From the IMG/VR virus record IMGVR_UViG_2596583652_000001, positions 1 to 64,000 of that record: a DNA stretch of 64,000 bases; one strand, 5' to 3'. Below are positions 26,405 to 34,440 of this stretch, one piece after another. The notes beneath the pieces were generated by a model. That model was not told the DNA's origin, did not search any database, and was given only the letters and a program-made list of their open reading frames with translations. Numbering within the stretch: the first letter of the stretch is position 1; the number at the start of each line of letters is the position of its first letter. Origin of the DNA: a virus (lineage: Duplodnaviria > Heunggongvirae > Uroviricota > Caudoviricetes). Both the position numbers and the translations under genes were made by a program.

Positions 26405-26464
26405 TTCTGTATTTACCTATTCAGCTATAGCTGTATATGGCTACCCGATTTGCGTTAACGATGT

Positions 26465-26707
26465 CTATACCGGATCGAAGTCCTTGTAATCGAACAGCTT
26501 TTCATAGGTCGCCGCATCGGTGCCCAGATCGAGGCAGTCCCATTCGAGAATGGTCCGGTCCCGCACCGGATCCTTAATGGTGGTTAATCCCTCGGCCGGG
26601 ATCTTGTTCGCACGGCCGAACTGGACCAGGGCGTTCGGATCAACCGTAAGCCGGTAGTTGTCGATGGCGAGGCGCCGCTTGCGAATGGGCACCTCGTAGC
26701 TGCTCAC
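26465..26707 (-). CDS. hypothetical protein (GTG start)
   Basis: 80-aa ORF. GTGA overlap with the upstream small ORF. Confidence 0.35.
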   Translation of the reverse strand: MSSYEVPIRKRRLAIDNYRLTVDPNALVQFGRANKIPAEGLTTIKDPVRDRTILEWDCLDLGTDAATYEKLFDYKDFDPV

Positions 26708-26865
26708 GCTTGCCTCGATCTGGGCCCGGACGGGGTGTCATAGATCTCCCAGATGTCGCCCGGGTCAGGAATATCGGACACCACCCAACGAAAGGCGCGC
26801 CGTGCCATGCTCTCGCGTGGCACGCGCAGCTCGCCGACCAACTGGTCGCGGTAATAGACCTGCAT
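26704..26865 (-). CDS. 53-aa hypothetical protein
   Basis: MQVYYRDQLVGELRVPRESMARRAFRWVVSDIPDPGDIWEIYDTPSGPRSRQA. Its ATG overlaps the kinase stop (ATGA) and its TGA overlaps the next GTG. Below the track cutoff. Confidence 0.25.
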   Translation of the reverse strand: MQVYYRDQLVGELRVPRESMARRAFRWVVSDIPDPGDIWEIYDTPSGPRSRQA

Positions 26866-27413
26866 CACAGGGCCAGCGCGCGCACGAGCTTGGCCCGCAG
26901 ATCGGCCCGAGCCTCCTCGACCGGCAGATGCCGGGCCAGACCGTTATTGATGATCACCGAATGCACGGCGCTGCGGTCGAAGCTGTCGAACTCGAAGGCG
27001 GAAGGGCCGGCGAGGGGATTGACGATCTCGAGGACGCGCGCGCCCTGCTTGCGCCAGAACAGACCCTGCTTCCGGCGCACCGAGCCGAACACGTAGCGCT
27101 TGGCCGGATCCAGCAGCCGGGAGGACATCAGCGGGATGATGTCGCCGCCGAACTTCTCCTCGAAGGCGTTGCCGAGCTCGCCGAGGATCTCGCGCACCTG
27201 GATACGCCGGCCGTTCAGCTCGACGAATTCCAGCTTGCCTTCCTGGGTGTAGACCTGGTCGCGGGTGAGGCCGAGATACTCGATGGCGATCTGGCGCAGC
27301 GGCCGGCCGTCATCGACGAGTTCATAGCCGAACTCGGCGAGAATGCGCGCGGCTTCGGTCTTGCCGGAGGTGGGATTGCCGCACAGGGCGACGAGACGGG
27401 GAGGGAAGGGCAT
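26865..27413 (-). CDS. P-loop NTPase, deoxynucleoside monophosphate kinase-like
   Basis: N-terminal Walker A LCGNPTSGKT at residues 9-18. ~180 aa, typical of phage dNMP kinases. Confidence 0.5.
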   Translation of the reverse strand: MPFPPRLVALCGNPTSGKTEAARILAEFGYELVDDGRPLRQIAIEYLGLTRDQVYTQEGKLEFVELNGRRIQVREILGELGNAFEEKFGGDIIPLMSSRLLDPAKRYVFGSVRRKQGLFWRKQGARVLEIVNPLAGPSAFEFDSFDRSAVHSVIINNGLARHLPVEEARADLRAKLVRALAL

Positions 27414-27426
27414 AGCAAGCTCTCAA

Positions 27427-27455
27427 CAAAGTATGTGATTGCTTACTTATATCGG
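27427..27455. promoter_or_regulatory. palindromic motif copy (AAGTATGTGATTGCTTACTTAT)
   Basis: 14 bp upstream (minus-strand sense) of the kinase-like gene start at 27413. Confidence 0.4.
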
Positions 27456-27512
27456 TGCCCCTCAGAGCTTGATTTTCCCGATGCAGAACCAGCTATTCAG
27501 CTAGACCTGCAT

Positions 27513-27743
27513 CTAGCTAACGCTGTGATTACCGCTTTCTGTATCGTCGGCGTCGTCCTCGGCCTCGCCGGCGCCCAGCAGCTTCAGCCGCCGGACCATG
27601 CGAGCGAGCTTGCCGCGCAGCTCCTCATTCTCGTCGGTGAGCCGATCATTCTCCTCCGAGAGCCAGGCGAGGGTGACGACCGGCTCGCCGAGCTCGTTGA
27701 AGAAGTGGATCGGGTCGATCTTGCGGGAGGGGAGGGCGCTCAT
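27513..27743 (-). CDS. hypothetical protein, acidic with a coiled coil
   Basis: 76-aa ORF overlapping the helicase stop by 4 bp. Confidence 0.4.
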   Translation of the reverse strand: MSALPSRKIDPIHFFNELGEPVVTLAWLSEENDRLTDENEELRGKLARMVRRLKLLGAGEAEDDADDTESGNHSVS

Positions 27744-29336
27744 GCGGCAATTCCTTCAGCGGCGCCGCGGTTGGCAGCAAAGATGGACCAGTCGAAGTCC
27801 TGCCCGGCCGGCAGAATGCCCTCGACGAAGCCGGGCGTGTTGCGAACGATGTTCTCGCGCTGCCGGGCGTGGTCGCGCAGATAGGTGTTCAGGTTGCAGC
27901 TGTAGTCGGCGATGAAGGTGACGTTCGGCCCGCGCTTCTTGCGCCGCAGACCGCGGCCGATCCGCTGGCGCAGCTGCACCTCGGCCTTCATGCCGCCGAT
28001 GAGCTGGACGAGGGCGATCGCCGGCACGTCGACGCCGACGTCAAGAATGGTGGTGCCGATCACGCCATCGAGCTTGCCGGCGGCGAGGCGCTTGAGCTGG
28101 GTGCGCCGGGCGTCCTGGTCATCCTCGCCCTTGAGGAACTCGTAGGTGAGCCCGGCGTCCTTGTAGAGCTTGAGCAGGTTCGTGCCGTGCTTCTTGCGCG
28201 CGATCAGCGTGAGCACCGGCAGCCGGTAGATCGCGGCCATCTTGGCGTCGGTCACGGCCTGGGCGTGCATGTGCGGGTTCTCGACATAGCCGAGCTCATA
28301 GGCGCGCTCGAAGGGCGAGGTCTTGCGCAGCTTCTCGGGCGCGGGCACGTCGGCGAACTTGAAGATCGGCTTGGCGAGAATGCCGCGCTGGATGAGCAGC
28401 TCCTCGGGGATATTGATGAGGATCGGCCCGAAGGCGGCCATCAGGCGCATATTGTCGGCCGCCGAGTCGCGCATGAACGGCGTCGCCGTGAGCGCGACCC
28501 GGATCGTGGCGTTCTTGCAGTGGCGCAGGATCTCGTAATAGCTGTCGCCGCCGGCCTCGTGCGCCTCCTCGCCGATGACGACCTCGATCAGGGACAGGAT
28601 CTGGAGCACCTCGTTGCGCCGGCGCGTCTTGCGATCGAACGCCTCCTGGGCGAGCCGGGTGATCTCCTCATTGCTCATGTCGGCGTTCTTGTTCTTCGAC
28701 AGGTGGATCGATTTCACGATCGCCCGGCGCTCGACGCCGAGATCGGGCACCTGCAGCGCCTGCACCAGCGTCTGAACCATGCCGAGATTGACGCCGCGCA
28801 CGACGCGCATCTCGCCGTCGCCGATCTGCCCGGTGTTGAGGCCGATCGCCTTGAGCTGGTCGTCCATCTGGTAGAGGAGAATGCCGCGCGTGGTCAGGAA
28901 CAGCGTCATGCGTCGGTAGCGCGCCATGATCAGCTTGGCGATCTTCGACTTGCCGCCGCCGGTCGCCACCCGAATGATGCCGGCCCCGTGCTTCTCGACC
29001 TGGCGCAGCGCCTTCATCTGGTAGTCGTAGTCGGGATCGTCATTGCCGAACTCGTCGACGATCGGATTCTCCGGACCGAGCGGGCTCGCATGCGGCCGGC
29101 AGATACGGTTGACCGTGTGCCCGATGCGCGTCAGCTCCGCCTGCATCAGATGCACGAAGCCGGCCGGAAAGGTGTTCGTGATCACGTCGTAGAAGGACGA
29201 CTTGCCGCTCCAGGAGCCGCCCAGCCCCGCATCGACCTGATAGGACAGCAGCGATGTGGCGAATGCGGCGACCTCGCGGGACGGGTCGATCAGCTTCGCA
29301 ACGACCGCATTATGAGCGAGCTGGACGGTGGCCATG
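27740..29336 (-). CDS. DEAD/DEAH-box (SF2) helicase
   Basis: ATG at 29336 (MATVQLAHNA...). Walker A VATGGGKSKI, DEAH box IGEEAHEAG, motif III LTATP, and a C-terminal RecA-like domain with QLRQRIGRGLRR. Confidence 0.8.
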
Positions 29337-29373
29337 GAGATTCCTTCGGGTTGCCTATTGCCTTGTGGTCCGA

Positions 29374-29400
29374 ATATAGTAAGTAAGCACATACATCATT
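29374..29400. promoter_or_regulatory. palindromic motif copy in a divergent promoter region
   Basis: TAGTAAGTAAGCACATACATCAT lies between the minus-strand helicase start (29336) and the + strand ATG at 29415. Confidence 0.45.
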
Positions 29401-29414
29401 TGGACCTATTCCGC

Positions 29415-30143
29415 ATGCTCAAGCCTGAATTTTCCAGCGTTTCCGTCGGGCTCCTGCGGCCGAATCCCTGGAACACCAACCGCGTCGCCGCCGACAATGA
29501 GGCCAAGATCCGCGCCTCGATCGAGCGCAACGGTCTGTTCAAGCCGATCGTCGTCCGCCAGGTGAAGGATGTTGCGGGCTACGAGATCATCGGCGGCGAG
29601 CATCGCTGGGAGCAGGCCAAGGAACTCGGCATGACCGAGGTCCCGATCTGCAATCTCGGCTTCATCAGCGAGAAGCAGGCCAAGGAAATCGGCGTCATCG
29701 ACAATGCGCGCTACGGCGCCGATGACACGCTGTCCTTCGCCGAACTTCTGAAGGAGCTCGGCGATGCGGATGAGCTGCAAGAATTCCTTCCCTACGGCGA
29801 GACCGATCTGAATGCGATCTTCTCTGCATCAGATATAGCGCTGGACTCGTTGGAAATTGACGAGAGCTTCGAGCGCGAGGCCGAGGCCGCCGAGGAGGAA
29901 GGTCCCGTCACCCGCCCGGCCAAGACCCATGCCGTGATGCGCTTCAAGCTCAGCCTGGGCGACGCCGAGCGCGTCACTGCCCTGATCTCCCGGACCCAGA
30001 AGGAGCAGGGCCTCACCACGGCCGACGACCTCACCAATGCCGGCGACGCTCTCGTTCACCTGCTGCAGAGCCTTCTGCCCAAGCCCGTTCACCTCGCGGA
30101 CGAAGACGAGATCGACGCCGCGCTCCAGGAAATCGCGTCATGA
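29415..30143 (+). CDS. ParB-like nuclease domain protein (paralog 1)
   Basis: ATG at 29415 in frame with track ORF 29328..30143. ParB/Srx fold signature: PNPWNTNRV...IIGGEHRWEQAKELG. Confidence 0.65.
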   Translation: MLKPEFSSVSVGLLRPNPWNTNRVAADNEAKIRASIERNGLFKPIVVRQVKDVAGYEIIGGEHRWEQAKELGMTEVPICNLGFISEKQAKEIGVIDNARYGADDTLSFAELLKELGDADELQEFLPYGETDLNAIFSASDIALDSLEIDESFEREAEAAEEEGPVTRPAKTHAVMRFKLSLGDAERVTALISRTQKEQGLTTADDLTNAGDALVHLLQSLLPKPVHLADEDEIDAALQEIAS

Positions 30144-30814
30144 GCCACACGTCGTCGATCGAGATTTGGGATATCGAGAAGATCATCCCCTATGAGGCGA
30201 ACGCCAAGAAGCACCCCAAGGAGCAGGTGAAGAAGCTTGCCCAGGCAATCACCAAGTTTGGCTGGACTCAGCCGATCGTGGTCGATGTTGATGGCGTGAT
30301 CATCGCCGGCCACGGCAGGCGTCTCGCCGCGCTGGAGCTGAAGCTCACCAAGGTGCCGGTCATTCACCGGGCCGACCTGACCAAGGCCGAGGCGGACGCG
30401 CTGCGCCTCGCCGACAACCGGGTGGCCTCGACCGATTACGACCAGGCGCTGATCCAGGACGAACTGCGCCGGCTCGCGGATGAGCTCGAGGGCTCCCAGA
30501 TCACGCTCCTCGATATCGGCTTCGACGAGAAGGAGCTCGAATTCACCATGAGCGACCTGGGCGAGGTCAATGACGACTTCTTCGTCGAGGACGTCGGCGA
30601 GGCGGTCGAGCAGCAGAAGAAGGAGAACGCCAAGGCGATCGAGGCGACGGACGACGTCGCCGCGCCGATCGGTGACGCCTTCGGCTTCAAGCGTGTCTCC
30701 ATTGCCCAGTCGCGCGCCATCCGCGAAATGATGAGCACCATCGAGACCTCGACCGGCAAGGTGGGGCCCGAGGCGCTGATCCTGTTCCTTTCCGACGCCC
30801 TCAATCGTAAGTGA
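30140..30814 (+). CDS. ParB-like nuclease domain protein (paralog 2)
   Basis: IIPYEANAKKHPKEQ...IIAGHGRRLAALEL is the classic ParB N-terminal box. ATGA overlap with paralog 1. Confidence 0.65.
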   Translation: MSHTSSIEIWDIEKIIPYEANAKKHPKEQVKKLAQAITKFGWTQPIVVDVDGVIIAGHGRRLAALELKLTKVPVIHRADLTKAEADALRLADNRVASTDYDQALIQDELRRLADELEGSQITLLDIGFDEKELEFTMSDLGEVNDDFFVEDVGEAVEQQKKENAKAIEATDDVAAPIGDAFGFKRVSIAQSRAIREMMSTIETSTGKVGPEALILFLSDALNRK

Positions 30815-30828
30815 GCGCATACTTATGG
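30804..30828. promoter_or_regulatory. palindromic motif copy (CGTAAGTGAGCGCATACTTATGG)
   Basis: Occupies the whole 10-bp gap between the stop at 30814 and the ATG at 30825. It overlaps both codons. Confidence 0.45.
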
Positions 30829-31241
30829 ACCCGATGCCGGCCAGCAATGTCATCTCGCTGAAGTCCCGCAAGCCGCTCGAGGTCGAGCAGGCCGAGCTCC
30901 TCGCCGCGGCCGAGATCAATGCCGCCGAAGCGGCCCTGCAGCAGGCCGACTGTGAGGAGCACCAGCTCCAGGCGCTCACCGACATCCGCGAGCGCCTGAT
31001 GAAGGGTGATATCACCGGCTTTGTCGTGGTCGCGCTGTCGCCGAGCGGCGTCTTTCTCACCGAGGTCGCCATTCCCGCCTCCGCCAAGCCGGTCGAGGTC
31101 ATGGCCTATTCGGGCGCGCTCAACGCGGTGAACCTCGAGCTCACCGACATGGCCCAGATGCTGCCCCAGATGCTCAATGACGGCAGCATCATCACGCCGG
31201 AGGAGCCGATCTACGAGGAAGCCTACGAGGATGACGTCTGA
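30825..31241 (+). CDS. hypothetical acidic protein
   Basis: 138-aa ORF. Confidence 0.5.
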   Translation: MDPMPASNVISLKSRKPLEVEQAELLAAAEINAAEAALQQADCEEHQLQALTDIRERLMKGDITGFVVVALSPSGVFLTEVAIPASAKPVEVMAYSGALNAVNLELTDMAQMLPQMLNDGSIITPEEPIYEEAYEDDV

Positions 31242-31900
31242 TGGCCCGCTACGTCATCAATCGCTCCTTCACCTCCTCGGTCATGCGCACGCCGCGCGTG
31301 CTGGAGATCGCCGAAGGTTTCGGGCTCGGTCTCACCGACAAGCAGTTCGTCGTCTATGACAACCTCGAGCTCGAGATCGAGCAGGGCGACGTCGTCTACA
31401 TCAACGGCCAGTCCGGCTCGGGCAAGTCGCTCCTGCTGAAGGATCTTGCGACTCAGATGCGCCGGGACGGACTGCGCGTCACCGACCTCAACGAGGTGGT
31501 GCTGGAGGAAAAGCCGGTCATTGAGCTGGTCGGCCGCACCATCAGCGAGGCGACCGATCTCCTGGCCAAGGCCGGCATCTCCGACGCCTGGATCTACATC
31601 CGCAAGCCCAGCGAGCTCTCGGACGGCCAGCGCTATCGGCTCAAACTCGCCAAGGTCATGGAATCCGACGCCGATGCCTGGATCGCCGATGAGTTCGGCG
31701 CCGTGCTCGACCGCGTCACCGCCCGCGTCGTCGCCTTCAACATGACCAAGGTCGCCCGACGCATGGGCAAGACGCTCATGGTCGCCACCACCCACACCGA
31801 TCTCAAGGACGAGCTGGCGCCCAGCCTGATCGTGACCAAGCGCTTCCGCGAGAAAGTCGAAACCGAGCGCGGTGTCGCTCAGCTTGGAGAAGCAGCATGA
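31241..31900 (+). CDS. ABC-type ATPase domain protein
   Basis: Walker A GQSGSGKS, ABC signature LSDGQRYRLKLA, Walker B DAWIADEF, and an H-loop ATTHTD. Confidence 0.65.
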   Translation: MARYVINRSFTSSVMRTPRVLEIAEGFGLGLTDKQFVVYDNLELEIEQGDVVYINGQSGSGKSLLLKDLATQMRRDGLRVTDLNEVVLEEKPVIELVGRTISEATDLLAKAGISDAWIYIRKPSELSDGQRYRLKLAKVMESDADAWIADEFGAVLDRVTARVVAFNMTKVARRMGKTLMVATTHTDLKDELAPSLIVTKRFREKVETERGVAQLGEAA

Positions 31901-32199
31901 ATTTCGGCGAAGCACTGAAGCAGGTGAAGCTCGGCTATCGGGCAGCGCGCGGGTCCTGGAACGGCAAGGGCATGTTCGTCTATCTCGAGCATGGCTCGGC
32001 GCCGACCAGCTTCCACCAGCTTGCCGAGCGCGGCACCATCAATGGCGTCTCCTCGCTGCTGTTCGAGGTCGGCCATGAGGGCACGACCGTCCGCATGCCG
32101 CATCTCAGCCTGAAGGCCGCCGACGGCTCGCGCGTCACCGGCTGGCTCGCCTCCCAGACCGACCTGCTGGCCGAGGACTGGGTGGTCTATCCCGGCTGA
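31897..32199 (+). CDS. DUF2829-family small protein (Tad2-like candidate)
   Basis: 100 aa. N-terminus MNFGEALKQVKLGYRAARGSWNGKGMFVYLEHGS matches the DUF2829 hallmark (M.F.EAL.A.K.G..V.R..W.GK..F) as I recall it. Confidence 0.55.
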   Translation: MNFGEALKQVKLGYRAARGSWNGKGMFVYLEHGSAPTSFHQLAERGTINGVSSLLFEVGHEGTTVRMPHLSLKAADGSRVTGWLASQTDLLAEDWVVYPG

Positions 32200-32480
32200 T
32201 GCGCGGCTATCTCCTCACTCTCGGCACGGCGCTGAGTGTCCTCGTCAACGCGCTGCTCGCCGGGCAGCCGACCGAGACGCTCTGCTACCGCGCGGCCAAG
32301 GCACGGCGAGCCGGGCGAGGGTGGGGCTGCGTCTTCTGCCAGCTGGCCGACCTGTTCGACCGCGACCATTGCGGGAACACGCTGCGCTGGTGGGAGACGC
32401 GACGCGAGCGCGACATGCAGAGCAATGATCGCGCGGACGCAGCAGGGATCGACAGGGATGAGCGAGGGCTGGCGCCGTGA
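32199..32480 (+). CDS. hypothetical protein
   Basis: 93-aa ORF with an N-terminal hydrophobic helix and several Cys. Confidence 0.35.
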   Translation: MRGYLLTLGTALSVLVNALLAGQPTETLCYRAAKARRAGRGWGCVFCQLADLFDRDHCGNTLRWWETRRERDMQSNDRADAAGIDRDERGLAP

Positions 32481-33349
32481 TGCTTTCTGACACCGAGACA
32501 CTGATCGAGCGCATCGACAGCCCTCGCGCGTTCTTCTCGCTCGCGGACGAGATGTTCGTGGAGCGCGGAACCATCGACGACTGGTATCTGCTCCACGATC
32601 TCCACTACAAGGCCGAGAAGCTGCCCATTGGCCCGCGCTTCTGGCGCCTGGTGCTCGCCGGCCAGACCATCGGCGTCCTCGTCACCGGCACGCCCAAGGG
32701 CATGCTGCGCGAGCGGCACATCGTGTTCCCGAACCTGAAGCCACGCTCGGGCGACACGCGGCTGACCAACACCAACCGCTACCACTACATCAACGCCAAT
32801 TTCCGGGTGATCTCGCGCTTCGTGATCGACACGATGTTCCGCGGCATCGGCGCCGGCTACCGGATGATGAACCTGGTCTCGCGCATGGAGGGCAACACCT
32901 TCATGGAGATCCAGTCGTCCATGTCGAAGTTCAACGCCTTCGGCCAGAAGGCCGGCTTCAAGTTCGTCAAGCCGATGAACGCCAACAAGTATGACCAGGT
33001 GCTGCGGTTCTTCCGCTCGCACTTTGCCGCCAGCCCGCAGGATTTCGAGGCCATTCTCGCCGAGATCGCTGCCAAGCCGCCGGCCGAGCAGCAGCGGCTC
33101 GCCGAGATCTGCACCGACTTCTATTTCCGCAACTCAGCGCTCGAGAACACCTCCAATGGCGGCGCGGCGATGGAGCAGCGCCGGGCGTCGATGAGCCTGC
33201 GCGATGCGGTGAAGGGCATTCAGCAGATCGGGCTTGCCTCGCCCATGTATGGGATCTGGAAGTGCCCGGACCCGAAGGGCAGCGTTCCTGAGCGCCTCGC
33301 TCTGACCCAGTTCGACCGGCAGGGGCCAAGCGAGAGGCTGCGCCTGTGA
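32477..33349 (+). CDS. hypothetical protein with a GNAT-like motif
   Basis: 290 aa. VIDTMFRGIGAGYRMMNLV resembles the acetyl-CoA-binding motif A of GNAT acetyltransferases. Confidence 0.45.
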   Translation: MMLSDTETLIERIDSPRAFFSLADEMFVERGTIDDWYLLHDLHYKAEKLPIGPRFWRLVLAGQTIGVLVTGTPKGMLRERHIVFPNLKPRSGDTRLTNTNRYHYINANFRVISRFVIDTMFRGIGAGYRMMNLVSRMEGNTFMEIQSSMSKFNAFGQKAGFKFVKPMNANKYDQVLRFFRSHFAASPQDFEAILAEIAAKPPAEQQRLAEICTDFYFRNSALENTSNGGAAMEQRRASMSLRDAVKGIQQIGLASPMYGIWKCPDPKGSVPERLALTQFDRQGPSERLRL

Positions 33350-33597
33350 TCAAGACCCGCAAGCAGCGCGAGATCATGAGCCTCATCCTGGCCGGTGTGG
33401 CCAGGTGCAAGCTCTACACCGCCGAGGAGATCAACCAGAAGGTCTCCTTTGCGTGCAGCGAGGGTGCGACCCGTGTCTCGCTTCGCTTCCTCGTCGCGCA
33501 CGGCATCCTGGTGAAGAAGAGAGTGGGCCGGAACGTGATCTACAGTCCAACGCCGCAGGCGTATGTGGATTTCTATGTGCTTCCAGAGCACGCATGA
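33346..33597 (+). CDS. winged-helix DNA-binding protein
   Basis: 83 aa (GTG at 33346 or ATG at 33376). ...VSLRFLVAHGILVKKRVGRNVIY is a typical wHTH recognition helix plus wing. Confidence 0.4.
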   Translation: MIKTRKQREIMSLILAGVARCKLYTAEEINQKVSFACSEGATRVSLRFLVAHGILVKKRVGRNVIYSPTPQAYVDFYVLPEHA

Positions 33598-33601
33598 GGA
33601 T

Positions 33602-33726
33602 CCAACGCCGGAACCTCATCCCGTTCCTTCGCCTGTCTTATAATAGAATATAAGTTACAACATACTTATATTAGTATATAGACAGGCGAAGGAACGGGAT
33701 TTCCTGGTCCAACTCTCCGGCGTTGG
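33602..33726. repeat. composite palindromic element B (GC-rich arms, AT-rich core with TATAAT)
   Basis: Outer arms CCAACGCCGG/CCGGCGTTGG. Inner 21-bp perfect arms ATCCCGTTCCTTCGCCTGTCT (33618-33638) and AGACAGGCGAAGGAACGGGAT (33680-33700). The 41-bp core is cttataatagaatataagttacaacatacttatattagtat. It lies 60 bp upstream of terS. Confidence 0.6.
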
Positions 33727-33759
33727 AAATACGTATGCGGTAACTTACATGGTGAAGAG

Positions 33760-34440
33760 ATGACGTCTCCGGCGGAGGAAGAGAACGAGGTTGAAGGAAC
33801 CGGCGCTGAAGACGCATCCGGTCCCGGCCGGCGTTTGACCGATGCCGAGTTTGCCGAGATCCGGGAGCTCTATGAGCTCGGCAAGGCCGGGCTGAGCGAG
33901 CTCGCCACCACCTACAAGATCTCGCGCCAGACGCTCTCCCGGCGTTTCAAGGATGTCGGCGCTAAGAAGGGCTCGCGGGCCCATGAGCTGGCTGCTGCGG
34001 CCAAGAAGGCCGCGGTCGCGGCGACGGGTGTTTCCGCCGGCGCCACCATCGAGCGCTTCGCCGACCGGCGCGCCGAGTGGATCGAAGAGACCCGGATGAA
34101 CGGCTACCAGGCGCTCAAGGAAGCGCGCCTGATCGGCCGCAAGATCATGTCGGAGAACCTGCGCGCGACGCCTCCGCGGCCGATGGCGCATATCGACGAC
34201 GATCTGAAGGCGCTCGCCCGCTACAACAAGCTGCTGATCGACAACATCGCCGCCAGCATCGAGCTGCTGCAGGCCAACGACCATGTCGATGAGACCACGC
34301 TGCCCTCGCTGTCGATCGAGGATCTCACCGACGACGACATCCTCGAGCACCACAAGAACATCGGCGCGCTCCCCGAGGATGCGACGGTCGCCGACATGCT
34401 CGCGGAGAATGATGAGGATGGCGAGGAGGGCTCGCCGTGA
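33760..34440 (+). CDS. terS: terminase small subunit (candidate)
   Basis: 226 aa. N-terminal HTH (LSELATTYKISRQTLSRRFKDVG). Its stop overlaps the GTG start of terL. Confidence 0.55.
   Translation: MTSPAEEENEVEGTGAEDASGPGRRLTDAEFAEIRELYELGKAGLSELATTYKISRQTLSRRFKDVGAKKGSRAHELAAAAKKAAVAATGVSAGATIERFADRRAEWIEETRMNGYQALKEARLIGRKIMSENLRATPPRPMAHIDDDLKALARYNKLLIDNIAASIELLQANDHVDETTLPSLSIEDLTDDDILEHHKNIGALPEDATVADMLAENDEDGEEGSP

Noticed and set aside
26700-26750. Possible frameshifted single gene spanning the two minus-strand ORFs 26704..26865 and 26465..26707
   Set aside because: Two frames are simultaneously open here. The junction is a clean GTGA stop/start overlap of the same kind used all over this genome, so two coupled genes is the simpler reading. 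A -1 frameshift is not required.
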